Positions 21,442-33,270 of a stretch of 64,000 bases of DNA are shown here, piece after piece (the stretch's first letter is position 1; every line of letters starts with the position of its first letter). The notes under the pieces are model-generated. The model did no database searches. It saw nothing but the letters and a program-made list of their open reading frames with translations, and was not told the origin of the DNA. A program made the translations under genes and the position numbers. The stretch spans positions 1-64,000 of the forward strand of contig JAADVB010000074.1 of assembly GCA_023334545.1 (NCBI GenBank). The letters are read 5' to 3'. Source of the stretch: Salisapilia sapeloensis CBS 127946. Lineage: Eukaryota; Protista; Oomycota.

Positions 21442-22411
21442 ATGAATAGCAGCGAGTACCAAGCAGCTGGACCACAGATGCTAGATCCTACCGAGGTGCA
21501 TAGAGACAGGCTAGAGGGATTGAATATGTTGTCATGTATTCATGCACGAGTTTGGAAACATTGGACGGGTCCAGACTGGGCTGCATCGACGCTATAATTA
21601 ACTTGGAAGTGACGATTGATAGGAAGATGGAACGACAGGAGCAGATAAAGTATCGATTGAGTCGGCAATGGGCGGCAATGGAAGAGGAAGAGCTCAAGGT
21701 AGTTCATTTGAAAGTCTTTAGCAGAGATCATTCACGATGGAATGTCTAGCTCGAACGAGAGAAAAAGAGAGTGGTGGAAGAGTGGGTCGCGATTGAGGAG
21801 ACGCAAAAAGAGTATGATATGAAGCGTACCAAGTAAGCTGTCGAAATGATAATTGCGACTTGTACCTGAATCAAGGTCTACCTAGGCTGGAGGAAGAGGT
21901 TGCAGTCCATTTCGACTTTCGACCTTTGGACGACGTTATTACTTTTAACGTTGGAGGGCAAGTATGGATCGCATTGGAAGCTAGTGATGACTAGGATCAG
22001 TAGCTTCAAGTGGAACTCTAAGTAAACGCTGATTAGATGTATCGATCGACTGTGCGAGTGTGGGCGCGGGATCGATTTTCGATCCTAGCTCAGCTCTGTA
22101 CCACGACGCCGAAACTTGAGCCGGATGAGAAAGATACATTTTATTTTGATCGAGATTTCTGGATATTCCAATTCATCCTCGAGTTTCTACGAGATCGGAC
22201 TTTGCCAGACTCGATCGAGGTTCTGCGCGAGCTCTATTGTGAAGCGAGTTTCTATCGAATTGGTCTACTGCGACACGCGATTGAAGCGAAGATGCTTGGA
22301 GATGAGCCAGTGCAACGCTCGACGTATGTGGTGGATTCATCAGGAAGTAGAGTCAATCAGACTTGTGGTGGAGTAGATTACCCAATGGATGACTTGGGTC
22401 GAATAGAATAG
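21442..22411 (+). CDS. Coiled-coil + BTB/POZ (KCTD/T1-type) protein, multi-exon
   Basis: ITFNVGG...YRST...FSILAQLC...YFDRDFWIFQFILEFLRD...LYCEASFYRI is a T1/BTB signature. Upstream exons encode E/R-rich coil. 5' boundary uncertain. Confidence 0.72.
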
Positions 22412-22581
22412 CCTTCGTCACGCGAAGCGAAAGCATACGATTGAATGAGTGATGATGTCAACAAACCATGCTGATCTTGGGCGATAGCAAAGTAGATATC
22501 AAGCTGAAATGGGATTGTTCAAACACTTGAGCTAATAATAGTGTTCGCTTTGCATGTTTTGCTCTTGCATACAAGTACACG

Positions 22582-23110
22582 ATGGAGCTGTCGACTTCCA
22601 AGGTACATATGTCTGCGTGAACGATACCATGTCTCCTCATTCTATCAATCGATGTAGTATGAAGGTGAACATGACTTTGGCAGATACTGCGGTAGGGGGA
22701 TCATGCAAATGGAGGACGGAAAGATGTACGAGGGTGAATTTTATAACGGACGGTTCCATGGCCACGGAACGCTGCATATGGCCCTCGGTAAGATCGAGGG
22801 CCAGTGGGAACATGGCAAAGTAATGATCCATCTTATCCCACCCCTTCGTATGTCCGATTTAAGGTGCGTTTATGCATAGCATGTCGATGGCACGCTCACC
22901 TTTTCAGACGGACTCGAGTATGCGCCAACTGACTGGGGCTATTGTACGGATGGTAATCGATCGTACTACTGGGAAAAGGATGAGCAGGACAAGGACGATC
23001 TGGTGCCGAATGAACGACTCGGGTTTTGCAGTGGTGTGCGTACACCAACGATGGCCCTCGTATCGGCCTTCCGGAATCACATAGCCGAGACTGATGTCGA
23101 GGAGACCTAA
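22582..23110 (+). CDS. MORN5: MORN repeat protein, MORN5-like (3 exons)
   Basis: Exons 22582-22602, 22658-22819, 22880-23110 give MELSTSKYEGEHDFGRYCGRGIMQMEDGKMYEGEFYNGRFHGHGTL...GTLTFSDGLEYAPTDWGYCTDGNRSYY, the MORN5 pattern (FSDGL.Y...W.YC...R). Confidence 0.78.
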
Positions 23111-23658
23111 TGACTTGGAATGCATGATGCTTTGCACAGAAACTTGTCAATGTGTATGTTTGTACGTGTAGTTTCCCGAGTCGCTCTACACAGCTTATTT
23201 CATCGCGTAGCACACTTAAGATGGATAAATGTAGAACCGTTATCATTCGACATTGAAAGTCATTCAATGCATGCGGATCCGTACATTTGTATCTGACTAT
23301 CTGTGTCTCTCACATTCATCCGACATAAGTGGCGTTGAGAAGACCCATGTACCGCATTGGCCGCCACGAGTGCAACTGTCTGACTGGACTCAGATTTTCG
23401 TAGCTTCCTCCGGATCTCTTTGACTTTCATCCGTGATTTTCCGATAAAACGAGGACCCTTATGTCGATGTTTCGGGTCCGAAGCGCGTCTACCTGATGTA
23501 TGCGCTGATTCTTTAACAAGTGCTGAAAGAGATGGGTCGATTGGCCATGAATTATTGGTCACGAACGCGTTTAGAGTCGGACATACAGAAGCCATGCAGA
23601 AACAAGACTATAGTCAATGATTTGAGAGCTGTCGCTGCTGTTCACATCGAATCGCACA

Positions 23659-23675
23659 ACTCATTTCGTAACTTT
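23659..23675 (+). promoter_or_regulatory. Oomycete Inr+FPR core promoter of the amino acid permease
   Basis: ACTCATTTCGTAACTTT ~35-50 nt upstream of ATG 23708, close to consensus GCTCATTYYNCAWTTT. Confidence 0.55.
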
Positions 23676-23707
23676 CCCCGGAAGACAAACCACTCATCTA
23701 GGCGAAG

Positions 23708-25378
23708 ATGGCAGGCGTAGCATCGTTCTTCGGCCACATCTTCCGGACCAAGCCGCTCAAGGTCATTCAGGCAGAAGAAGAGAGTGAACAGCTCGTGCGT
23801 CAACTCGGTCTCTTTGACCTTATTTGTCTCGGAGTCGGAGGTACCGTCGGATCCGGTGTCTTCTCCACCACCGGTAGCATCATCTCCGGTACCGCAGGTC
23901 CTGCTGCCTTTATTAGTTGGATCATTGCTGGCATCGTCTGCTGTATAAACGCATTCTCTTATATGGAACTCAGTGCTCGTGTGCCTTCTTCTGGAAGTAC
24001 ATACGCCTACACGTATCACGGCATCGGCGAACTGCCGGCCGTCATTGCTGCGTGGCTGTTGACGCTCGAATACGGTTTGTCTGGCTCTGGTGTCGCTCGT
24101 AGTTGGGCTGACAAAGTCCTCGACTGGGACAAGGCCATGAAGGGCGACGACAGTGACGCCTACTACTGGTACGACAAGCCGCACTACAACTTCCTCGGTT
24201 TCCTCATCACCGCTGCCTCCGTTGTCGTCCTCCTCATGGGCGTTCGACTTGGCAAGTACGCGATCAACACGATATCATGCATCAAAGTCGCTGTCGTCCT
24301 CTTTATCATTATCGCAGGATTCGTCGCCATGGATCCGGACAATCTGTCGCCGTACATCCCGGAGCGTGGCCTGAACCCCAGTGGTGACGATGCGTATGGA
24401 GCACAAGGTATCATCACAGGTGCATCCTCCGCTTTCTTCGGTTACATTGGTTTCGACGAAGTCTGCTGCATGGCTGCTGAAGTCAAGGATAGCAAGAGGG
24501 TCATGCCGCGTGCCGTCATCGGTGTTGTGATGATCACGATGATCCTCTCATGCCTCTCCTCCTTCGTCTTATCTGGTATGGCGCCGTACAAAGAAGCCGA
24601 CAGCTTTGGCAGTGGCTTCGATCTCCAGGACATGCACTGGGCTGGAGAGATCGTGCGTGCAGGAGAAACGATCACGATGCCTGTCGTCGTCCTCGTCTCT
24701 CTCTTCGCCCAGCCCCGTCTGAACTACGCTCTCGCATGCGACGGATTGATGCCGCAGATCTTTGCTAAGGTCAACAGCAAGGGCGACCTCTTCTGGAATG
24801 TCCTGCTGACAGGTATCCTGTTCACGATCATCTCCTTCTTCGTGCCGTTTGATGTCTTGTGGGATATTGTCAGCTTCGGCATCTTGCTTTCGTTCATTCT
24901 GGCCAACATCTCGCTTTTGAACATCCGCTTCCGTGATGCGTCTCCACAACTAGCGCCCAAGTTGATCTGGTCTATGGTCGTCTTCTCCGGATTGGCGGCA
25001 TACTGCTACCAACAGGGATATGTGGATTATGACAGTACGACGGCCTTAGTGTTCGCCATCATCTTCCTCGTCCTCACTGTCATCGTCACGTTCTTCCTCT
25101 TCTTCAAGTGCAAGCAACTAGCTGCGGACCCGACGACGTTCACTGCGCCGCTCGTTCCATTCTTGCAGATGATCGCGATCCTATTGGACTGGTACCTATC
25201 TGCCCAGATTCCGCACTTGGCCATGTTGTGTTCTGTTGCATGGATCGGAGCAGCTTGTATTTCCTATTTTGTCTACGGCTTCGGTCACTCTGCTGGCCGT
25301 TCCAACTGGAGTTCCCTCCTCAATCGAGTGAATGGTGGAGACCGTTTGCAGTCTCCGATGCTGTCAAGTAAGGCGTAA
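23708..25378 (+). CDS. APC-superfamily amino acid permease (cationic amino acid transporter-like)
   Basis: 556 aa single exon. LGVGGTVGSGVF, YMELSARVPSSGSTYAY, FFGYIGFDEV; ~14 hydrophobic segments. Confidence 0.95.
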   Translation: MAGVASFFGHIFRTKPLKVIQAEEESEQLVRQLGLFDLICLGVGGTVGSGVFSTTGSIISGTAGPAAFISWIIAGIVCCINAFSYMELSARVPSSGSTYAYTYHGIGELPAVIAAWLLTLEYGLSGSGVARSWADKVLDWDKAMKGDDSDAYYWYDKPHYNFLGFLITAASVVVLLMGVRLGKYAINTISCIKVAVVLFIIIAGFVAMDPDNLSPYIPERGLNPSGDDAYGAQGIITGASSAFFGYIGFDEVCCMAAEVKDSKRVMPRAVIGVVMITMILSCLSSFVLSGMAPYKEADSFGSGFDLQDMHWAGEIVRAGETITMPVVVLVSLFAQPRLNYALACDGLMPQIFAKVNSKGDLFWNVLLTGILFTIISFFVPFDVLWDIVSFGILLSFILANISLLNIRFRDASPQLAPKLIWSMVVFSGLAAYCYQQGYVDYDSTTALVFAIIFLVLTVIVTFFLFFKCKQLAADPTTFTAPLVPFLQMIAILLDWYLSAQIPHLAMLCSVAWIGAACISYFVYGFGHSAGRSNWSSLLNRVNGGDRLQSPMLSSKA

Positions 25379-25500
25379 AGATGGTTGTTCTCCATTTGGA
25401 ATAAAAATGTGAATGCACTGTTTCTTTTCATGTTCATTCATTACAACTGCTAGACTTTATCCGCCATTCACAAACGAGTCAAAGTCTATCTACTCGTCAG

Positions 25501-26576
25501 TCATGTCCGTGAGGGTAGAGGCGTAGGGATTAGTTCACCTTGTTCAGTCGTAGAATGGGCACGAGCTGGTTTGCTGTCTTGAAGGTGCATGCGATCGAGA
25601 CCTAAGAGGTCGTCTGTCTTGACGCTCGGGTCTGCCACGCCTCCCACATCTTCCAGTAGCTTAATCAGATTATCGTTGACCTACTTTTCGTTAGTATGCT
25701 GTCGATACGATGCATCCTAGTGCGTGTATGCTTACAAGAAGGCACTTTTCCAATGTCTGTTCGTCGATTTTGCCAGACAAACCGCCTTCGATCAAGGTAT
25801 TCATGCGTGGTTGGCACTGTCGTAAGAAGTCGATCAGGTCCTCGGACTCGTCGCTGTCTTGACTGCCTATCATGCGGAGCTCTCGGAAGCGCTCGATCTT
25901 CCCAAGAACGACCTTGAGATCGGCATGGAGTTTGGCGAGCTGCTGCTCTCGCGCACTTCCTGCTTGCATCGTCGAGCTGTCTTGTTGAATGGGCGCTGGA
26001 GGAGGCATGGACGTGGCAGTATCAGATGGTGGCGTGAAGACAGGAGCATCGTCGGCTCGTTCCGGAAAGCTTACACCTCGCATCTTTAATTGGTGGTACA
26101 CGTCGTGGAATGCAGCCAAGTCGGGGTTACTAGAAAACGTGTCTGCCCACTGCTTTATCAGACGAGTGGAAGAAGCCTGTACTTGTTCTCCGAGACTGCC
26201 GTCAGTGAGAGCAGCAATGCTCGCGAGAAAGCTGCGAGACGCGACTTGAGCATGAAGCGAAGACGATCCGTTCTTGACCAGTGTCTCAACTAGAATGAGT
26301 GCTAGTAGCAAGATATGGGGTGATGAGGACTGCAGTTTTCGATGGACTGATTGAATGATGTCTCCACACCTATATGTACATGGCGTGAATTTGACTATGA
26401 ACGTGATATCCTGAGAGAAAAGGACTTTATGAACGAATGAAGAGAACGTACATAGATGGGTTGCCACTGGACAAATCGCACAAAGTCAGGTTAACCTCCC
26501 ACGCAGGTTCAGACAATGTGGGGTCCGTCGCTTGGTCCACCAACGCAGCTACATCCATCGTCTCGTACATGGCCAT
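25501..26576 (-). CDS. VHS + GAT domain protein (TOM1-like), 3 exons
   Basis: VDQATDPTLSEPAWEVNLTLCD, LILVETLVKNG, LIKQWA (VHS); GAT-like helices; last exon VNDNLIKLLE...PSRT* ends at 25501. Confidence 0.88.
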
Positions 26577-26779
26577 CTCGTTCGTTTTCGGTTGTTTTAC
26601 AGACTTCAAAAAGAAGTTTTTTGTACCATCCAAGTGCCATTACCACGCATACCACGACAAAATACAAGCTCCTTTATAGAATAAACAGTAATTATACATG
26701 TAGCTAACATTATAAGAGCCGTAAATACAAGAACATGTTCATTTTGTGTCACTTGTCGAGGTGAGACGATCGAAGCGCG

Positions 26780-28465
26780 ATGCTCGTCCGTGTGAGAGTG
26801 CTGTATGGCGCCGCGGCAATGGCTGCAGGCTTTTTTGTCTACTCGTATGTACAGGACCAGCAGCTGCTTGAACGTAGCGAAGAGGACGAGGATGGGGATG
26901 GAGAGACGAGTGCAGATCGAGTCGTGTCGGGACAGCAGTTCTTTGCTGTGATGGATCGCATGCACCTCGATGAGCGTCAGAAAGCTGAAGTAGACAAGTT
27001 TTGGAAGAATCTCATCCACATGCATCAACAGAAACGGCTAAAGCTATTTAATACTGCTGGAGAAGTGGAAACGACGTTGGAGAGTATCGAAGGGGAAGAT
27101 GATGAACGCTGCGTTCGACTAGGTGAATTCCAGCAATTCGCTTTAGAGTATAAGAACGTCTATCCAGATGCATTTCCACATCACGAAGTGCTTGAGGCAT
27201 CCAAACTCGCAGCAGAAGCCGTGCCTATGTGGACTGGACTCGTCGGATCGACCAGCTCGATCCTCGTTTCAACAGGAAAGAGGTTCCAGGATCTCGCGAA
27301 AGGAACCAAAGGTGGCATGGAGCTAGCGATGCATCGTACGATCCGAAAGTATTTAGAGAGAGCATTGGACGTCGTGGGTGATCGACTGAGAGAAGCTTTA
27401 AAGGATCCGAATATGCCGTCGTACTTGACGGCGAACATTGACATTGCAGTCGAACAGTTCATGCCGGACGTGAAAATGGAGCTGTTTAACAAGATGCGCG
27501 ATCTATTCCGTCAAGACTCTCCACCATCTCTTCTCAAGAACGGTGCAGCCGACGATGAAGACAAATTCGTTCAAGTATGCTCTTACGATAATATCCTGTA
27601 TTCCGATCGACTGACCTTTTGGAGCATAGTTGTCACCGTTTGCACGATTGAGAGGACACATTCTTTATCACCTTTTCCCATATGATAGGTCTATCTGGTA
27701 CTCGCTGCGTAATCCATGGTGGTACTTGTACACTGGTGTCGGCATCTTACCAGTCGTGGGTCAGATCTGGTGGCTTTTCCTCTACGTCATCAAAGACAAG
27801 ACGGATGAGCACCAGTTGTGCCAATTTATCGTTGGTTTCAAAGCTGCTCAGTTCTGTTCTCTCGGATGCTTTGCTGTCCTCCTTGGTGTCGCTCGGTATA
27901 CTCGCTGCATCCTCGTTGGTTCCATGGCACTATGTGAACAAAGTATTACTCGATCTATGCGTCTACTAGAGCTATTTCTAATTCTATATGTTGCGTAGCT
28001 GGGCCGATGCTTGGAGCATGGAACGCTTTCTTTTTCTTCCTACAGATCGTCCTCGTCTGGATGGCTTTCCTCCGTCTACCATATACTGTCCGTCCTCGAG
28101 AAACGAATCACCCTCTACTCTATCGCACTACATCTGCTTACAACCGCAAGTACCCAGCCTACCACGATGCGTTTGGAAACGAAGTACACATGGATCGAGG
28201 AGGATACTTGATGAGTCTAGCATGGTACGAGACAGTCGTGCTACTAGTTGTCGTCGTCCTCATTTGCCTCGTCTTATGGCTGGAGTTTGAGACGTGGCAA
28301 CGAAAAGCTCTGTTCTACTGGATCCGTACCATGTACGGCCTCTTCTCGCTACCGTTCGTTCTGTTTAAAATCCCGCTGCTCGCCACGTTACTCATGCATA
28401 CGAAACGGATGGGGTATAATGCACGAGGGGAGACGGTCAAGATGGTCGTGAAAGCAGAGTACTAG
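26780..28465 (+). CDS. Multi-exon integral membrane protein of unknown function
   Basis: Consecutive plus-strand exonic ORFs: N-terminal TM, soluble helical region, then several TM segments (ILYHLFPYDRSIW, QLCQFIVGFK, LMHTKRMGYNARG). No family recognised. Confidence 0.7.
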
Positions 28466-28532
28466 CGTATGAAGATGAAGTATTAAATGAAAAAAGATTT
28501 TGGTCTGGTTAGTTACTAGAGAGTGCAGCGTG

Positions 28533-29744
28533 TTAATGAATTGTACCACCACTCGATGTCCGGAACTTGAGATCGTCACTCGCGACATCGCTCGCATCCC
28601 ATCGGTTGACACTGTCGAGACAGCCGACGCAGAACGTGACGAGTCTGTACCTGGTGGAGTTGTCCCGATCGATGTAGTACATCTTCTCCTTCATCTGACA
28701 TGGCATACAGAGACGGACATCGCAGAGGCTACAGTGGTGGCTACGATAACCTAGTGGATGCTGTCGAATAACGGTGTCGCAAGTACCACAAACAGATTCG
28801 CCACCCATGGATAGCTTGGAGCGGTCCTCTTTCGAGCGATTACGAAGCGCATAGGCTAACTTCTTCATCCTAGCATTTAAAGAATGCGTCGTAACGAGTG
28901 AAGTGACATGCTTGGCAATCATCTTGGTATACAGTGGTCGTTGCAGCTCTCCACCGACGTACACAAAGGTCCGGACGAAGACGTCGACGCTATTTTCCCC
29001 GATCTGGCGATATAAAGTACACGAAGCGACTTCACCACGAACCGTGTTACTGAGTTGTTGGTGCGTTTCTGGTAGGTTGACTGAATGCAGCAGTCGGAAG
29101 CCTATGCGTTCACCATTTGCAAGGTCTCCCGTGCCGCAGTAATCGATGTAGACGTAGTCGTGGTTCTTTGCAAGGGAGCGAACTAATGTGCTCTGCTTCA
29201 TCTCATAGTACCTTACCGTGAGTGTCTGGAATGGGTCTGTCAAATTCGGCTCGAGGATGGTGGCAAGCACTGCTACATTGTTGAACGCTTTATCGGCGTA
29301 TTGGTCCGAGATGCGTTGCTCCTCGATCGTGTGGGAGCTCAGGCCGTACATGATGTCATTTAAATTCGAGGACAAGGTCGCAACGGTACGGAAGTCGGCC
29401 ATTTCGTTCAGGTTTTCACCGAATTCCGTTGACACGTCAGAAACGCTCGAGCTCGAGTGTTCACTAGCACGGACGTGCCGAGGCGTAGCCCACCGCCAGC
29501 TCTTTTTGTATCCTTTCTGATCACCAGTTCGTCGCCGAAGGTACGTCGACAAATCACATTCTTGTTGCACGAGTTTCCACTCGTCCGGCGGCAGGACGCC
29601 TTCATCCTCCCGAACAAAGTTCTCGTACTCGTTCACGTGGTCCTGTACGAGTGACTGTCCTAAGGTTGCCAGTCGCTGCTTATCGTGCTCCAAAAGCTGG
29701 AGCGGTGGAAACGGACTTTCAAAACGTCGGGGATGCCTCGGCAT
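28533..29744 (-). CDS. START-like domain + C-terminal FYVE-type zinc finger protein (oomycete-expanded family)
   Basis: First ATG 29744 (MPRHPRRFESPFPPLQL). RTVATLSSNLNDIMYG...HDYVYIDYCG...GFRLLHSV.LP...RGEVASC (START-like); CGTCD...HHCSLCDVRLCMPC...FCVGC. Confidence 0.85.
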   Translation of the reverse strand: MPRHPRRFESPFPPLQLLEHDKQRLATLGQSLVQDHVNEYENFVREDEGVLPPDEWKLVQQECDLSTYLRRRTGDQKGYKKSWRWATPRHVRASEHSSSSVSDVSTEFGENLNEMADFRTVATLSSNLNDIMYGLSSHTIEEQRISDQYADKAFNNVAVLATILEPNLTDPFQTLTVRYYEMKQSTLVRSLAKNHDYVYIDYCGTGDLANGERIGFRLLHSVNLPETHQQLSNTVRGEVASCTLYRQIGENSVDVFVRTFVYVGGELQRPLYTKMIAKHVTSLVTTHSLNARMKKLAYALRNRSKEDRSKLSMGGESVCGTCDTVIRQHPLGYRSHHCSLCDVRLCMPCQMKEKMYYIDRDNSTRYRLVTFCVGCLDSVNRWDASDVASDDLKFRTSSGGTIH

Positions 29745-29975
29745 CTTTTCGGTATAATCACCAACGCCACAATGCTTTTCTTTTGCACCTCGAGTCAATG
29801 TTTGCGGCAGAAGTGCAGGCATTATGCATTCGTCTCATCGTAGTATTAGTTGTGGGAACCACCAATCATCACAAAAAAGGAACGCGATGAGATTGGAGCT
29901 GTACAAGGGATGCGACAGTAACGCAGCTATCCATTTTGTAGGCATCAAAGAAAGACGGATAGATGGAGTATATTT

Positions 29976-32200
29976 TTAAACGACTTTTCCAGCATAAGAC
30001 TTGTCTTCCTGCGGCTCCGTGACTTTCGTGGTGGCTTTTAGATGGTGTCGGATTCTTGTCAAATCGGTTTCCAGCTCTTTGTTCGTCGGATCGAGCTCTA
30101 TACTTGCCACGTAATCTCTTTCAGCTACATACGCAGTTAGCAATCCAAGTCAGTGCAAGGTTTACGATGATCAAAATGAAAGGTAACTATACCTTTCGAC
30201 CAAAGATGCTGGATTCCGTACGCAGTGGCCCTGCGAACAAGTGTGCGAACGACCCACGCTCGACGTTGCGTTGAGCCTGCTGCTGGTCCACTTTCGCAGA
30301 AAGCAATCTCGGTGTTCGATTCGACCGTGTTTTCCCGTTGTAGTAACTCAAGAGCTACTGTGCAATCTTCAATGCATTTGTCAGAGTCATTCTGGAAGAG
30401 GTAGCAGGCAGCTCGGTTCGACAAGCAGCTCACTGAAAGTGGATACAACCGGAGCGAATGAGTATACTTTTCAATGGCGTCTTCTGCTTTTCTCTCTCGG
30501 AACAGGCGGTCACCCATCATCTTTAGTTCATGTGCCTTTTCCAAAGCTGTCAGTTGGACGAAATCCTGTTCCAGCTTGTCATTTTGATTGTCCATGGTAA
30601 GTGCAACGCCATAGTCTGCTTTAGCCTCGGCATACTTCCCAGTCCGACAGTATGCCGTGCCACGACGCACGTACAAACGCAGCTTGATTCGACGCAGTTT
30701 AGGACTAATATCATCGCTTGTACGAGTATCAGGAAGATGTGCCAATGCGGTGGAACAATCTGATATGCATTCGCTGTATTGAAGGAGTTGGAGGTGGGAA
30801 GCACTTCTGTTCGATAGACACGAAAGGGCAAGCTCACTCGCATTATCTTCGATCAACGTCAGAGTTTCTGAGTATGCACTGGCAGCGCTCCGGTAGTCTT
30901 TCGAACGGTAGAAATCGTCAGCTTTTGCCTTGAGCCATATTGCTATAGGGATGCATGAGTTTCCTATCCTTTATGCTACTAATATAAACAGTACGATCGT
31001 TTTCGCTGATGTCAAACGAATCAGTGCGTGCAAGACCCTTGTGAGACTTGAGGTGACTTCGATTCTTCACGAGCCAATTTTCTTCGTCCACTGCTTTCGA
31101 CTCTCGTGTAGGCGTAGGAAAGACGCGTGGTGTGAACTTGACCTCTGCCTGGACACTTGCTCGAGGGGCTGGCACCTTGCGTTCAGACGTACGAATAGCA
31201 GCTGTCGGAACAGCGCGCACTCCATGGACGTTACAGTCGCGGCTGACTGTCTTCGTCGCTGCTGGTTTCGCCTTGTCTTTTGAGTCCGCACTTTTCATCA
31301 CAGTCTTCGCAATATCGAAGCTACCGTCCGATGTGAGCTCAAGGATTGCATCTTCATGCGGCGCATCCTCGACGTTAAATTCGTGGGTTTCTACTCTGGA
31401 CGCGAAGGTTACCTTTTTCTGGGTCGGTGTTTCCGTCTTTGCTTTCCACTCTTGTTCCTGCTTTTGGTGCTCCTTTGCCTCTTTTGACGTTGGTTGTGTT
31501 TGCATGGACCGGAAGGACTCGAAGAGAGCTGCCTGTACTGTGCGTTAAGCTTTCATGTCTATATAAATGGAAACAGAGATAGAGCATAAGCCTACTACTA
31601 TACCTCCTCTCGCTCTTTCTCATCTGCTTTCAGGTCTTCGAGCATTTGACGCTTGATGTCATCCACAGCCATTTGAGCTCGCAGTGTCTGCTTTTCTTCC
31701 TCGTACTTTTTATCTTTGCGTGCCAAAGCTAGAGCTTCCTCTTTCTGCATACGACGCTTCATCGAGGCTTCACGCCGCTCACGAAGGACCTGCTTCGTAC
31801 CTTGATAGTGGAGTTGATTCCATTGCTCTCCAGTCGTCTGGAATTTATTAAGATAATTGTCGACAGAGATCTACAAGTATAAAGATGAAACCTTTTGGAC
31901 TGTCAGGCGAAGCTGCTTCTCGTCCTGGTCTTTCAGAACTTGAAGAGATGAATCATCCACGGACGCAAAGAGGTCGAGTAGTAAAACGTAAGGCGTACAG
32001 TTCACTTTAACGACTAGGTCGCTTACTATGAATCGAAAGAAGTTAATTGCTATGCCCTCATAACCTTCATGAATTAAGATGCAAGTAGAAATTTATGTAC
32101 CGTAGATATCTGCGTTGTGGAGTGAACATGATGGCAGAAATACCTGAAGAGTAATCGAACGAGTATCTTCGCTCCAAGTGTACTTTGGTGTGATAGGCAT
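29976..32200 (-). CDS. DNAAF4: Dynein axonemal assembly factor 4 (DYX1C1/PF23): CS domain + TPRs, multi-exon
   Basis: Start MPITPKYTWSED (ATG 32200); CS-like KVNCTPYVLLLDLF..VDD; diagnostic VKFTPRVFPTPTRESKAVDEENWL; C-terminal TPRs (LSNRSASHL, LYVRRGTAYC); last exon AERDYVASIELDP...GKVV*. Confidence 0.9.
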
Positions 32201-33214
32201 TGTATGGTGTGGTTGCTAGATCTTTTTGTTGCGACGCTTGGAGCTTTTAGATACCACTAACTTCAAGGATCAGTTTCGTCCGATGAGTTCATATTTTACG
32301 TGCTAATCCTTTCTCCTCCAGTTCATATATTTCCATGCCCAATAGTCCAAATAAGCTACCTATGGAAAAGTTGATATCATACTGATATATTTGGCGAAAG
32401 TTCCAGCTCATACAGACTCCTGCAGGTTGTGCTGCTGAATCTGGTTACCATCAGTGACCAACCATTGCCCTCTTTGCAGTAAAAATATAAACATTTAATC
32501 AGATAAACTGTTATCATACCTGCACATCTTCTTGCCTTCGCGCTTATGCACGCCAAAGCCACTCTTGCCCTTCATTATAACCAGCGATTTCCAAGTTTCG
32601 GGTCAAGATGAAGACAGCTTAGTCCTACGAAGTACAAAGATAAACCACGAGAGGATTTAGAAGGGCCTAGCGCAAGTATCATAGGCCCCAAGCTTTCCAG
32701 CATTCCGTGATTAAACTGATCCGATTTATCTGTTTACGGGAGTCTAGTAGTCAGTACACTTTCATATCCAACTGACTATAGCTTGGTTATGGCATTAGGC
32801 TCCATGGCATCAATTGCGTCGCACAAGAAGCCAGTTTGAAGTCAACTAGCTACAGTAGGCTTTCGCTATCTGCATATGATCACTCAGGGCATCAAGCGGT
32901 CGTTTGAGTTCTATCGACAGCTTCCAAATGCAATCTCCATACATTCCGACTACAACCCAAACATTCTTACTACTAACTAATAGATGAAGTAAGCAATGCT
33001 TGTGCACCTCTAGACCACTGAGTACCTCAGATCAATGATAAGATAGTTATACATGTATCATTGGACATTCACGTTGATCTTCATCCAAAAGTAGTAAAAT
33101 GTCACGGATGAAGGATTTTCCTACGTATGCACAATCATCTACAGAGACTACAATACAATATTTTGAGTTGTACCCTCAATCATAACGATTTGGTAGAGTC
33201 TTTCTCCAGTGCAA

Positions 33215-33230
33215 CTTCATTATCAAATTT
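33215..33230 (+). promoter_or_regulatory. Inr+FPR core promoter of the first double GST
   Basis: CTTCATTATCAAATTT 40 nt upstream of ATG 33271, supporting that ATG over the ORF-track start at 33127. Confidence 0.5.
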
Positions 33231-33270
33231 GCCGTTGCAAACACAAGCTATCCCTACTGCTTTTGACCTC

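Noticed and set aside
32400-32630. Possible small spliced gene or UGA-selenocysteine read-through (..SSS*PETWKSLVIMKGKSGFGVHKREGKKMC..)
   Set aside because: No match to selenoprotein motifs I know, no evident SECIS, no recognisable homology.
33127-33270. 48-aa N-terminal extension of GST-GST 1 in the ORF track
   Set aside because: An Inr+FPR lies inside it (33215-33230), and the paralog begins at the position equivalent to ATG 33271.
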